Shown: positions 24,711 to 37,512, counted from the stretch's first letter. The stretch is 64,000 nucleotides of DNA from Curvularia clavata (GCA_023920165.1 CP089276.1:310001-374000); one strand, 5' to 3'. Notes: generated by a model not told the origin, from the letters alone. Numbers and translations: made by a program.

Positions 24711-24726
24711 CGTGTGTGTGTGTGGT
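24711..24726. repeat. (GT)n microsatellite in the 5' region of the SUR7/PalI gene
   Basis: cgtgtgtgtgtgtggt. Confidence 0.75.
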
Positions 24727-25997
24727 GTTGAGAGTAGGACAAGAAAATCAAAGTAACATTCGAAACTTGAAGCGGTGACCGGAACTATGAAACCAGGCAC
24801 TCGAGTGTGGAGAAAACCCCCAATAAGAGGGCACAGAAAGTCAATCGAGACAAAAGCCAACCTCATACGCGCGTGCTGCAGCAGCGCTCACAAGTTTTAT
24901 GGACCCCTACCCGAAGATGTCGCCTCCATGACGTATACAGCCACTAAAAACAGTGCTAGACGCAGGTGCGAGCCACATAGGCGTCATGGGCAAGTTAGGC
25001 CTCTCCCCGACAACACCAGACACGACACGACATGCGGCTGAGGCACCGGCGCCAACACTCTTCTAGTTCCCCGCTGGCCGCGTATGCCTGTTAACTGGAC
25101 ACGCGGCGGCCTGTGTTGGTGTCGTGGAGGAAGGCCCCCAGTACAGTACGATATGTCAATACATATGGGGGCGGATCCTCTGTGGCTGTGTCGGGAACCA
25201 CAAACACAACAAGCACAAAAAGCCTCTCTATACGCCCATGTGCAGTATTATGTATGTCAGATTCTGCGCGGCTAACCGGCAGGGAGCCGAGTGGATGATC
25301 TGCATCGTCAATAATGGAGCTTGGTGTGACAGGGGCAGAAACGCTGCCGACATTGGCACAAACACTAACTATAGCTCCACAACACTCTGTGCATTGGGCG
25401 GTCTGGATCACTGAGGTCATGGTTTTGCTTCCAAGATGCTTCACTCGATACCAAGCCAATTAGGACACAATGCCTGCGTGTAGTGCTTTTGAAATGCCTC
25501 TTGCTCTCCATTCGTCTATGTGTTTTGCTCGAAATATTTCACAACTCAACTCACGGTGCTGGCCACCGTGCTAGTCAATCACCAAGCCACCGCTGTCTCA
25601 AGTCTCCTCGCCAACCTCACCCCTCTCCTCCATCTACAAGAAATATAAATTAGACATTGGTAACGCCGGTCCCTCGCTGAATTGCCCTAGAAATGAGTAT
25701 AATCTGCCGGCCCACAAAGACCGCGATAGAGAAGTAGTAAAGGAAAGGGGAGGCTTGCATGTCCTTGGTAGCAACAAAGACCACGAGATGACTTGTGCAG
25801 CCAACGCACGCTATCTTCGTGCCACAATACCAAAGTTGTCATGTACAGCGAATATGGCATATGTTGCCCAAACAAAAAAAGAAACTTGACATGGAATGCG
25901 CTTTTGCCGTGGGGTACAGGTAGGGTGACAGAAAGCTCTCCCAGCGAGCTGGTCTATATCAGTCATCATCAATGGCTCTTGCTAGAATTGCCATTGT

Positions 25998-28092
25998 CTA
26001 GGCATTCGTCACCATGTTCATCCTAGGTCTTAGTTGCAGAGCAATGTCGTCCTTGGTGCCCATGATTTCCCTGGGTATTCTGCTAACCCGGTTGGCTCCG
26101 CTGCGGACTGCAAATCGACCAGCCGCCGAGATGCCAGAGCGGTTGGAGCGGATGGAGCCAGCGTCTGAGCCACTACCTGCGGGGTCGCGGATACGGCCTG
26201 GGGGAGCAAAGTCAAGCGCAGTGAAGGTACCCGACTTGCGCATCAGATGGGGGCTAGGCAGCACTGGAAGCTCGTCGTATGAACCGACCAGTGGTGTGTG
26301 AGGGCGCACCGAGGGGCTGTACGGCCTGGCGTTGCCAAGTGGGCTGTCTGGTCGCATGCCGTTTTGCCTTTCACGGAACGAAACTGGCGGCGCGAAATCG
26401 GCAGCATCAAAAACCATGGAGTTTTCATTAAGCTTAGCAGGAGTTGGGAGTGACGACAGAGCGGCAGGCGGCGGCATAGGCTTCTTCATCTGCGGTGGTA
26501 GACGTCCACTCATCGATGACATGTTGCGAGGGGGCTGGTAGTGAGATGAAGCCATGGAGCCATTGGACATGTGGGATGGACCGCGAGGACCGGTAGCTGT
26601 GTTGCTACGGAATCGAGGAGGAGCGCGAGGGGGAGGAGTCATGGCGCGACGAGTAATGGGTTCAGCAAACGGCGCGTTGGGCTGAGCAACGATAAAGTTA
26701 CCGGTGCGTGGGTCAAATACGGCGCCGTCCTGGTACTCTGAGCCGTAATCCTCGACATAGTCGGCGTACTGGTGTCCACCGGCAGGCTCAGGCTTAGACT
26801 CGTCAAAGTATTCCTTGTAGAAGGATCGAATACGGTTGGCACGCTCCTCAGGGTTTTCCATGGGATCTTCGGCAGGCATAGGACGCAAGCTCATGGACAG
26901 ACGGTTGTTGTTGCGACCAAAGTCATCCACGCCGAGGCCAACGTTCTGTGGGCCAGTTGAGTACCGGGGCGTAGGTGCGACAATGGCGGGCTGTTCGCTG
27001 TTGCGCGGAGAAGGCGGGGTGACCTCGAAAGCATCGCCGTAGCTGGAGGTGCTGATGATGCTGTGTGTGTTGGTGTTCTCTAGGGCGGCGGCTTGTGATT
27101 TGACACGGGGCAAGGCTGGGATTTCGTTGGAGGTCTGGACAGGCGACTTATTAACCTGCTTCTCAGCGGCAGGAGGCTCAGGAATAGAGATAGTCGGGAC
27201 ACTGATGGGCTTGACAGAGGCATGCTGGGTAATGGGTTCAGAAGGCGAAGCAGAAGGTGGTTCCTGTTCGTAGCGCGGGTTCAACGGGCTCAGAGGAATT
27301 CCAGACTCGATGAACTTGCTATCCGGTGACCTGCTGCCATCAGGAGACAGAGACTCGCTGCGGACTGGAATAGACGTCGACATTCTTTGCGCATTCTGGA
27401 GGAGACCAGCTTGAAGACCTTCCTTCCTTGTTCCTGCGCTCGATGCAGTGTGCATGGAGCCGGCAGCTCCACGGCTCTGACTGCGCATGCTCTGGTCATC
27501 CCTCAAGTAAGCGACTGGTCCGTAGGGGTCGTGTGGGTCATGTTGCGAACGCGAAAGCGAGTGGAACGACTCGCGAGAGCCGTGTAGACCAACGGGGAGG
27601 ATGTATGGGCTTCCAGCCTCAATCGACAGGCCGCGGTCGTGGCCACCAGAGATTTCCTTTTCTGAGATGCTCATCTCGGGGCCTCCCTTCTTGCCTCCCT
27701 TGGGTGTGACGCCTTCCATGCCCCAATCGTGCGACTTGTACTTGTCTCTCTGGTCCTCCTCCCTGAGCTTCCGCTTGTTCCGGCGGTGCAAGAAGGCGAG
27801 CACAACAGCAATGCCAACAATAGGGACACTGGATTTTGTTAGCATAGCCGGAGACGCGGCAGTACATGACATACACGATAGCCAGGGCGATAGCCATCAT
27901 GGGCACTTGGGTCGGCTTTGTGCAGCCGGGTTCGCTGCTGCTTGTGCATTCTATTGTGCTACGGGGAAGGAGAACGCGGTCCGCCTGTGCGACTTCTTGA
28001 ACTGTTCGGCTTGCGCTGCTGGCAGGCGAGCCCAGGTGATGTGTGTCGTCGCGCACATGGAGGTGCATGTGGTGGTGATGTGAGTGCGGCAT
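25998..28092 (-). CDS. Hypothetical single-pass membrane protein with a long Pro/Ser-rich cytoplasmic tail (intron ~27829-27874)
   Basis: MPHSHHHHMHLHVR...C...C.KP...MAIALAIV|VPIVGIAVVLAFLHRRNKRKLREED, then motifs SPYILP, ERANRIRSFYKEYF and TFTALDFAPP; strong codon structure. Confidence 0.85.
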
Positions 28093-31000
28093 GGTTCCGA
28101 AACCCCCTGTCTATGCAAGGTAATAACCAAGAGCGGTAAAGATGGACCCAAGGGTGATGGTGATGGTAATGCTTGACGGAGGGGCAGATGCGAGTTATCG
28201 AGTGTTTAGGGTGTATGTATTAACAACGTAAGGTCGTAAGTCAATCGTGACTGCTGATCAACGGAGTGTACATGTAGCGAGGGAAAGGACGGGAGCGAGC
28301 GTTGGCTGGTACCGATACGAACAGACGATCTCAGGCGCAGAAAAAGGAATGACTGGGGTAAGATGTAATGGAGCTACGAGATTCGTTGTTGAGGGCGAAC
28401 ACGAGGTTGCTGAAAAGAGTGACTGGCCCACGAGGAGGTGAGGTTGAAGGAAAGAAGGCAGACGGGCGCGAAGAGTAGATGAGGCGGCGCACAGGAGCCT
28501 GATCTCCGGTGTTGGCATACAGGGCTGCTGATTGGCTGAGGGGCCAGGCCTTGGGCCGGACAGGCCCTGTAATGCCGAACGAGGTGAAGGGCAGGGCAGG
28601 GGCTGCTGTTTTAGCGCGGCCAAGCTGTTTGACCTGGCTAATTGCAATTCCTACCCAGACGCTCCCATGCGGCTCGGGCAAGCGCCATCCCCCCCCCTCT
28701 CGCGCCCGTCGTCTCGCAATCGATAGAGCTGCGCACTCGTACGGCTCCCGCCTGCACATCCACCGCCCTCTGCACCAGAGCAGCCCCTAGCCGCGTCCAG
28801 GAGAAAACCGCCGCGCCGTTTGCTCTCGCTGCGTGCTGATCGCGCCCCATGCGGAGGGCCTAGCACCCATCCGACTGCTCTAATGCAGGAACCCTTTTAG
28901 AAGCAGCCCTCTGATTCGCTGCGTCCCCAGAACAGCAGATTGGCGACTAGGGACTCATGCCTGTCCGCTCCAGACCACACAGCAGCTCCCATCCCGCCCT
29001 CACCCCCTGAGGCCTTATTCTGGACTCTCCGTTGCGGCGAACTGCCCGGTCATGGCTTCTGTCATCGTCCTCGTATAATGTCTGCAGTTCCAGTGCCCTG
29101 CTCCTCGCCTCGCCATACATAGTTTCTCGCCCCCAGGCCATTTAGCAGCCTTGTATGTAAAGAAAGAAAAAACCCATTCCACTCCTTTTCCCGCGCGGTC
29201 CGGCACAGCCCACTGGTCCAGGCTATAGGCGCTCCACGCTCTTTTCATTTCCGCGCAAAAAGCGGCCGGGCGCACAGATTCTGCACGACGTGTGGAGTCG
29301 TCTCTGGAAGCGGGCTATCCCCGAAGCCGCTTATCAGCAGTGAAGCCGTCGCCATTCATCTGACTATTCTGCAATGGCCCCCCCTTGTGCTTATGGGGCT
29401 TGCTGGTGGTTCCCAATGACGCGTCCAAGCCCTAACGTCGAACCGCTCCCTTTCCTCGATTCATGCTTCTCTTCACGCTTCTCGATTCTGTTAGACGATT
29501 GTTGAGGCTGGTGAGCAGCCAGTGGCGCCGGTCATCTTGTTCACCGCCACGCATGATCGCCACGCAGGATCCTTTCATATCTGTAAGATTACTTGTTCCT
29601 CGCCAGCTGGCATTGTTTGATCAACTCATGGTTCCTGGCATAACGAGCCTTCCTTTATCATGGTCCCATGTCTTCGCTTGGATAGCGGGATCGTGCCGGA
29701 GTGAGGTCATTATTCGATGCTGGGGGGCCCTCACCGCTGCCTGTGTACTTACTTGAAGGCATTAGCACAAGCGCCAGTACTGACTATTGTCGTCCGCGGC
29801 AGCCTCGAAGCTTCGATATGGCCATCTTCTCCAATGCTAGTCAACCTATGCGTTTCGGTTGTACTGTGGGGTGTTCTTCTCCCCTCACTAGCATACGAGC
29901 GTGTTATTCCTATCCTAATGTAATCCATCGTGAACTCTCTCGTACAAAGTTTGCATTAGTCTACAGGAACAGGATCTGTGCCAGTGGGTTCATATGAATC
30001 GCAGGTGGAATGGAGGGGCACATCCAGGCTCATGAGCGCAATGACATGGAGCAAAGCCACCTCCTGAATGCTGAAGACTTTAAAGTCAAGACATGCCCAT
30101 GGTCGTAGGTGGAGACGCCCACTCACCGCACCGTGCAACTCGGCTTGGCAGCCACTGAACCTGCATACGAGCTGGTATGGTCAGATATGAGCCTTTGCGG
30201 TACCAGCTCTTACAAGTACATCGACTGTGCGCATGGATTGAGATATGAAAGATTTCTTTGATGTGTGCGTAGGTGTTTTGACCGAGCTTGGCAGCATCAT
30301 CCATGTGCTTGTGAACGTCTATCCTCGATGCCAACTTGGCGTGCTTGACGACATTCCAGAAAGCTTGGCTGTAAAGATTTCGGTGCGAAGCCCTTGTGTT
30401 CACGACAAGAAATGCGACATGTCATGGGATTGGCCGGCTATCCATTGGCGTCGGGTAGCTTCTTGTCGCATTGCAGGTCCAAGGCCAGACATTCTGCATG
30501 TGAAGATGATTGGTGCTGCGTTTTGCTTATAGTCGAGGGCTGTCGGTGCTCAAGTGGAACCTGGCCAGCACATTGCCAATTGTAACACTCACACCTCGAC
30601 TCTCTGGTCCTGGGAGAGGCCAACTGTTCCGGCAAGTGACAGAAATCATGCCGTCAGCCCTGTTCGCATTGGCCCCGTCGGGCTGGGTAGACAGGACCAA
30701 TAGGTTTATTTCTGTTCTGCAAGCGCCAGTGCTAGGTGTTCTCGCAGCGGTGTTCGGTGCAGCCCAAGCGCAGTCGAAGCGCAGGCTAGGGACGACGCTG
30801 CTGCCATGAATATGCAACGTGACCTGGAAGAAAGCGTGGGCGTGTGTGGGCTCCGGCTGGCGTGCATGCTGCACTCTCGTGGAGTCGAGATGGTAGGCGA
30901 CGCAGGCGATCGTGGGCCAATCCCCGGATGTGCAGAAAGGAAAGACGAGCCGAGGAAAAAGGCGCCGATTGCTAATGACGCACCAACCAGCCTCCTGCTA

Positions 31001-31310
31001 TCACGAGGCAAATCATCGTCAGCCAGCAAAGACGTACATGCACACGACCTTCACCTGGTACCGATAATACAATACAGCAGCCCGTTCCTCTGCTCCCCCT
31101 CACTACTCGCCCTTGTCCCCACGACTGAATCTTTGCTCAAATATCCGCCTTGGACCCATCAGACACTCACTCTCAACCCTGGAGCTCGCCATCTCTCGTG
31201 GTCCCTGCGTAGGTCCATAGGATCGCCCCGCTGCTGCCCGCACAACTGCTTCTCTAAGGGTCCCGCCCTCCTGCGTCGCCTACGAAGACAACAATAACAA
31301 CAACCACATC

Positions 31311-31860
31311 ATGGCTGCCACTCACACTACGTCACCACGTACCATTACACCAAACGCGGGGAGCAGGACCATCGAGATTCGTCCCCAGCCCGCCCTGCGC
31401 CTGTCTCCTCCAACAGGTGTGCTCCGCCTACGAGCAGAACCTACAGAGCGACGACATATCCAGTGGGCAGAGGATGTGGTAGACAACGAAGGCATGGGAA
31501 AGAAGTCCTCCAAAGGTACCGCAGGCGCCGGCAAACTACTATACTATTGACAACGCTAACCTTTGAGCAGTCTGTTGCATCTACCACAAGCCTCGCGCTG
31601 CGGACGAGTCTTCCGACGACGACTCTTCAGATTCCTCGTCGTCAGACTCGGATTCAGATTCGGAGCCCGACAACAGTACCGCAAGGCCCACAGGTAGGAT
31701 GGGCGGCGCGCGTGGAAGACGGCCACATCAGCACGACCACGACGGATGCGCACAAGATCGTGGATGTAATGAAGGCTCAGGTCAGCCACAGAAGAGCAAG
31801 AGGCAGCGCCGGAAGCCCAGCCCAAACGCTTACGAGAAGATGCCGAAAAATAAGAAGTAG
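31311..31860 (+). CDS. YPI1: Type 1 protein phosphatase regulator Ypi1 / inhibitor-3 (intron ~31516-31570)
   Basis: [29 protein letters not shown], an acidic Ser-Asp tract and C-terminal [11 protein letters not shown]. Confidence 0.93.
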
Positions 31861-32496
31861 GCTGCCACAAGATCACAATTGATGGCACACCCACGGTGCC
31901 GCTGCTGGCTTCGGCCTCATACGAACTTTACACGATTTTCATTCTTTCTGCGGGGTTTGTTTTCGCACGGAGTTTTGGCCCGTCCAATCGGTACAACTTT
32001 ATTGGGACTGCGTTACTGCATAGCATGGGACAATGGACTGGGAGGTCTGTAAAACTTGGATGCTAGATTGTAGACGCATCATGGCGTTAACGACCAAGTA
32101 CTGTACGTACTTGTCAATGAATTTGAAGCATATTACCACTGCATGTGTAAGCCCACAATCATCCACAGCGGCTTTTCCGTTCGGCCCTTCATCCTGTCTC
32201 TTTCTTTTCTTTTTCCTGCCTTGGCGGTGACGTCCTTGCCTTTCACACATGTTAGGTCCCGTGACTGAGCTCGCTTGCAGCACTGCGGCTGGTAAAAGCA
32301 ATCCCGTGGGTATTGGGCTCGACCGCATATGCACGTATCGTACCTTCGCGCACCACACTCATTCGCTCTCTTCCGCGAATCGGACCTTGGACTCTACGTG
32401 CAATCGTGCCTCATCACACCCTCACCCACATCCTTCACATCGCATTCTTAGCGCAAAGACAGCGTGCCAGCACACATCTACATCCCGCGTGGGGAC

Positions 32497-33050
32497 TCAA
32501 TCGTCCGCGTTGGCTGCATTGGCTTGCTCCATTACTGTGGGCGCATGTTGCGTGGGAATGCGCACAAGAGTCTGTGGTAGAGGCGGTCCTTCTTCCGCCT
32601 TCCGCTCGACCTCCTCCTCTTCTTTAGGCTTAGGTAGTTTTGCTATAACCGGTCAGAATAAGAAAGCATGGGTAACATAGGGCAACTTACTAGAAGCCAT
32701 GTTGATAGCTCGCAATACGTTGTGCCAATTCGACAGCACTGCTGCAACCGCTGCGCCCACATGTCAGCCGGACTTGTACATGACGCTTTGCCCTTGCTCA
32801 TTTTGTTTACACCTTATTAAAAGGCCACCTTTCACTTACCCTCTGTGCCGTCAGACAGAGTTGACAGCTTGTCAGCTAGCATCTGCATTTGGTCGGCAAG
32901 TCCTCCACTGAGAGCCTGCAGGTCTTTGAGGTTGGCGAGCTCGGCTTTCTTTTCCGCAATGCGGGCGAGGAGGACGGGTGATTGTTGCTGAGCGCCGCCC
33001 AAAGACTGATTACGCATATGCGTGGGAAGAGGGCGTGTGAAGTTTGACAT
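32497..33050 (-). CDS. DAD2: DASH/Dam1 complex subunit Dad2 (introns ~32751-32839 and ~32643-32690)
   Basis: LLARIAEKKAELANLKDLQALS...LSDGTE|AVAAVLSNWHNVLRAINMAS|...PLPQTLVRIP. Confidence 0.92.
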
Positions 33051-33475
33051 TTTGAACACTGAATTGGATCCAGTCCCTTGTCCAATTATGCCTTGGCCTT
33101 GGTGTTGCGAAAAGTGTGCAGATGTTGTTCGGATGTGGGGTGGATATGGCAGTTTCTTGAATTGGAGTATGTATCGACAACACCAACAAGGTCTGTCTCA
33201 CGGTACTTTGTCTTTAGATTCTGATATGGCGCAGCTGTTGTCGTCGGCGATGCGTTGCTTGTAGACGCGCCATTGCCCCTCTGGTCATGTGACAGCGTTT
33301 TGCACTTTGCCTGTCTCGGGTTAGCCCCTGTTGCTGTGGGCCCTCCGCTCGAGGTGTCAACAAACAGTATGACGAACTGGCAGTCACGACTCACGCTATA
33401 CAGCATCTAGCCCACCACGACCACGCGGGTTATCTTCCAGCAGTATAATTACCATCGACATATACCTCTGCGCAA

Positions 33476-35773
33476 ATGGCGCGACTCAACGAGCCGCCGA
33501 TAGCTACCCAGCCATCGGCGGAAACAATCGAAGCTGTGAAGCGACGCTTTCTCAGACAGAATCGCGAACTCGCAAAGACAAACTCGACACAATCCATACG
33601 CATTCGCAGTCTCGAAAATGACTGCTCGCGACTCCTCGCAGAAAACCTGGCGCTGCGCGAGCAGGTCCTCAGCCTTCACAATGCAGCCGAGTCGCGTCCG
33701 GCTTTCGACCATATCGATGCTGTCAAATTGCAGCTTGAGACTAAGCTACAGGAGCTTGGAGGGCTGGTGGCAAGTTTAACTCAAACGAAAAACAGACGCG
33801 ACAAGGATGGGGACCGGCGAAAGAGCCAGTTGCTGGCAAAGAGGAGGAGCGGAGAAGAAAGGCAATGGAGGAGCGGGTTGGGGCTGCAAGAAGTCGAGAA
33901 CGCAATGCTGCCTACCATCACAGAGGACAAATTTTATCCTCGAAGGACCCTGGGGTGCGTAGAGCTCGAATTTTGGGTGACTGGATTTACTGACGGTTGC
34001 AGCGCCGACGAGCTTCAACAGGTGCTTGAAGACCCAGATACCCAATCGCCAGATATTGGTCCGCCCCCTACTTCGCGGTTCGAAAACGAGGATCCTATTG
34101 GATTTGACCCTAGTCCGGTTACAGAAGAGGTACAAGAGGAGACTGCCGAGGATGGCGAGCCGTCATTATCGGTGAACCTCGAGACGCGTAAGAAGCGACG
34201 AGAGAGCGGACCGAAGTTGAGCATACGCCGCGTTTCCGTCTTTGAACCTTCAGAAGAAACCGCAGAGACACTGAATAAGCCTCTACGCACCGGAGCTAAG
34301 CGCAAATTCAGTGTTCAAGAGGATGAAGACACAAATCCGGCCAAGAGTGATACATTTAGGTTCTCTCGCCGGGGCGCCACAGAAACCGAGACACCGACTG
34401 AAGAACCAAAGCCCACACTCTTGGAGCGGCCCCCTGTTTTGTCAGCCAGTAAGTGTAGTGATGTCGCGCTTGCGAACAAAGCTAATTTTATAGAACCTGT
34501 CAATACCGATCCAGTCGTGTCGCCCAAGAAACAGCGCTCCTCGCTTCAGGAAAAGCCAGGGAAGCTGGAGAAGCCAACCTCAAAATCTCGTAGCCGCCCT
34601 CGACTAAATATCACCCGCAATGCTGCGCCAGACCTCCCGTCTGTACCCATACCAGAGCCTGTCCCTACCGCTGAGATTGTGCTTGATTCTCTTCCTCCCA
34701 AAACCCCTGCTGCCGATACTATTATCTCGCCACCATCAACCGAACCTTCGACTCAAAGGCCTGAGAACAAGGACACACCACCACCGGGCGACCTCTCATC
34801 AACCGATCAGATCGGGCAAGCTGGGCGACCCGGACGACGAGCTCGTCCTCAAGTTAGCTACAAAGAGCCAAGCCTGAATGTAAAGATGCGACGCCCGGAT
34901 GCAAAGCTAGTTGATGCGGTGGTCGATCGCCGGACCAGTGTTGAAGCGCACAACCCGCCTTCCACGGTTGCTAAGCGTGAATCCAATGGAGAGATTGCTT
35001 GGAAGCCAGTCTCCGCAGTATCCACGATAACAGCCAAGGAAGAGCCTGAAGCAGGGAGTCCGCTGAGGCAAAAAATGGACAGAAGAGAACAAGATGCCAA
35101 GACATCGACTGAACCAGAAGAACAGTCAGCAACCTCGAAAGCGATATCCGCGCTCATCAGCGAAACAAGTACCGCTAAAAGGAAACTGGCTGCTTCTGCA
35201 AAATCTGTTGCAGAGTCTACAGCAGCAAAACCCGAAGCCGTCTCTGTTTCAGCGGATATGACTGTGGCCAAGTCAGAATCACAAGCAAAGGATAACCTCG
35301 CCGTTTTCGACTTTACAGACTCTCCACCTGCTGAAGCTGCAAACAGTCAGCGCTTGCGTGTCAGTGAAGTCGCCAAAGCAGCCCGGAGCGCTCGTCGTCA
35401 CTCCGCTATGCCTGCGACTGGCGCTTCGTCGGGACCTGAGGAGCGAAGGTCGGAGAAGGAGAAGCCAGAAGGTGCGCTTCCTTCACTCCACAAGCGCACA
35501 GGAAGCGGCAGCGTAAAAAGTAGCAGTACTTCGAGCTTAGCCAGGAGTTCCAGTACTAACGGTGTTGCCAGGAGTACATCGAGTGCTCGGGCAGTAGGCA
35601 TCAAAGACAAGAAGCTGACTGGTGCGATGGGAGTTTCTGATAGCGCTGGCGCCAGCGAGCTCAAGGGGAAGGGCGACGATGCTGGGGAAGCAAAAGCGCA
35701 AGACAGAGAAAGAGAGACGGCTGCACTCAGGGCTGAGCGGGCTGCCAGCAGGAGGAAGAGCATGATGCTTTAA
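33476..35773 (+). CDS. SGO1: Shugoshin (probable in-frame introns 33955-34002 and 34449-34493)
   Basis: N-terminal coiled coil MARLNE...KRRFLRQNRELAKTNS...LENDCSRLLAENL, basic SGO motif RRARPQVSYKEPSLNVKMRRP, ends RRKSMML. Confidence 0.93.
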   Translation: MARLNEPPIATQPSAETIEAVKRRFLRQNRELAKTNSTQSIRIRSLENDCSRLLAENLALREQVLSLHNAAESRPAFDHIDAVKLQLETKLQELGGLVASLTQTKNRRDKDGDRRKSQLLAKRRSGEERQWRSGLGLQEVENAMLPTITEDKFYPRRTLGCVELEFWVTGFTDGCSADELQQVLEDPDTQSPDIGPPPTSRFENEDPIGFDPSPVTEEVQEETAEDGEPSLSVNLETRKKRRESGPKLSIRRVSVFEPSEETAETLNKPLRTGAKRKFSVQEDEDTNPAKSDTFRFSRRGATETETPTEEPKPTLLERPPVLSASKCSDVALANKANFIEPVNTDPVVSPKKQRSSLQEKPGKLEKPTSKSRSRPRLNITRNAAPDLPSVPIPEPVPTAEIVLDSLPPKTPAADTIISPPSTEPSTQRPENKDTPPPGDLSSTDQIGQAGRPGRRARPQVSYKEPSLNVKMRRPDAKLVDAVVDRRTSVEAHNPPSTVAKRESNGEIAWKPVSAVSTITAKEEPEAGSPLRQKMDRREQDAKTSTEPEEQSATSKAISALISETSTAKRKLAASAKSVAESTAAKPEAVSVSADMTVAKSESQAKDNLAVFDFTDSPPAEAANSQRLRVSEVAKAARSARRHSAMPATGASSGPEERRSEKEKPEGALPSLHKRTGSGSVKSSSTSSLARSSSTNGVARSTSSARAVGIKDKKLTGAMGVSDSAGASELKGKGDDAGEAKAQDRERETAALRAERAASRRKSMML

Positions 35774-36122
35774 TGACTGAAAGGCAGTTTGCAATGCTTC
35801 GTGCAATCAATGGGAATGTTCTGGAAGACGAAAAAAATGGCGTTCGTATATGATCTGGTCTCGGGACTGGAACTTGGATGATGGCGTTTTCTGTTTCTTT
35901 TCCCCCGCATATGATACCTAAGACCCCTTTGCTGTGTTTGGACTTTGGTCGTTCGTTTGCTAGAGCGTACATATCACTTTTTTGTTCTCTTGAACGCACC
36001 CCTCCTGTGAAAGTATGCAGTTGGAATGTCTGATGTGTCATGAATACATTACATTATGGGTATCTTCAGTTGCCATGATGAGTTTCTCTCGAAACCAATG
36101 CTTTCACTGCATACCCTCCTTT

Positions 36123-36890
36123 CTACCTACCCTTCTCCTTCCCACCCGCCGCACTCTTGTTCAATTTCTCCAACGCATCCATATCAATAATCCTCAACTC
36201 AGTCCTCGCCCACAGAATCAGAAAACAAACCAGCCCCGGCAAGTACCCTCCTCCAACCATGAACCCCTCGCTCCAATCCCGGCCCTGCCAGACTTCATAC
36301 AAGGCCAGCGCTCCGCATGCAGCGCGATTCGCAGGAACTATGTATTCTGCAATCGTGTCCGCTGTGGTCTCAGAAAGGTACGGGACCGGTCTCCGAACGG
36401 ACTTTTCGGTTGGCTTCTCCCAGCTAGGCGTGTTGCGAGTGGGGCGCTCCTCTTCGAATTTGGTAGGCGGTAGTGGGAGGAAGTACAGTGTGTATGCACT
36501 CGCGAGGAGACTGGCGATGGCGATGAGGCTGAGTGGGAGCGTGGCCAGGGAGAAGAGGCGGGGGATATATAAAAGGATGGGTAGCAGGGGTAGCGCGAGC
36601 AGGATGAGGGTGTAGGTATGGGTTGTGGATGTGTCGTGTGCGCTGAGGGTTTGGAGGAGGGCGGTGCGGTCTATGTCTGTTAGTATACGAGGTTGGAGTG
36701 TTGGGTGGAGGTGGGGTAAGGTAGAGAGATAGAGAGGGCGGCAATGTAGAAAGGAAGAGAGAGAAGACTGCGTACCTTGCTCATCCATGCCTTCTTCTAC
36801 AGCATCTTCATCGTCCGACTCGGAAGGGTACTTGAATGTTTTGCGCAGGCGCTGCGCCGCGACGGTTTCGACGCCTCGTAGCTTGTCCAT
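36123..36890 (-). CDS. Hypothetical multi-pass membrane protein (intron ~36671-36775)
   Basis: RLRKTFKYPSESDD...MDEQ|D...; hydrophobic segments; ends ELRIIDMDALEKL. GTACGC donor and CTAAC...TAG acceptor. Confidence 0.8.
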   Translation of the reverse strand: MDKLRGVETVAAQRLRKTFKYPSESDDEDAVEEGMDEQGTQSSLSSFLHCRPLYLSTLPHLHPTLQPRILTDIDRTALLQTLSAHDTSTTHTYTLILLALPLLPILLYIPRLFSLATLPLSLIAIASLLASAYTLYFLPLPPTKFEEERPTRNTPSWEKPTEKSVRRPVPYLSETTADTIAEYIVPANRAACGALALYEVWQGRDWSEGFMVGGGYLPGLVCFLILWARTELRIIDMDALEKLNKSAAGGKEKGR

Positions 36891-37512
36891 TTTGAACTAT
36901 ACGCTCTGAGTTGAAGCAGAAAACTATGCGCTGCGAACAACAGGTGTTGAAATTGCGGATTTCATCCAGAGTGTAGGGTGTGGAAATGTGGCTTTTGCGC
37001 GCATGCGCAAGGCAACTAGTTCTTGGACTGTTTGGGCCGAGGAGAGCTAATGACGTTTGTGGGGAGCGGGAGCTGTGGATTCTGGACCCTGCGATTAGCG
37101 CGTGGCGGCTTGGTGAAGCTCGCGGCAATGATTTGATGTCTTTTCAGAACAAGCTAGACTTCAAGGAATTGGCTTGAGCCGCATCCCAATTGCGTTCATC
37201 GCAGTTGAAACGCAGAGATAATCGGCTGGTCAACTGCTGTAACTCAGCCCCTTTACAGCGCGCTCAGCCTTCCCTATGGTATCATGTGGCTTATGAATAT
37301 CACCATCTATTGGACTATAAAAGCCATTCCCTTTCAGCTTCGGGACACCAACCCATGCACTTTGCCTAATGCACCATGATGCATCTTCCTGCTCTAATCA
37401 TATAAAGGACAGACCAGATATCAATTTGGCGCTATTAGGTCTACTTACCGCCCGCAGAATTCATGAACACCTATATCAAACCTCATATCTCTTAGTGATC
37501 ACAAGTCCAAAT

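Noticed and set aside
28900..31300. Many short ORFs between the membrane-protein gene and YPI1
   Set aside because: No recognisable domains, codon bias or coherent splice model; treated as intergenic.
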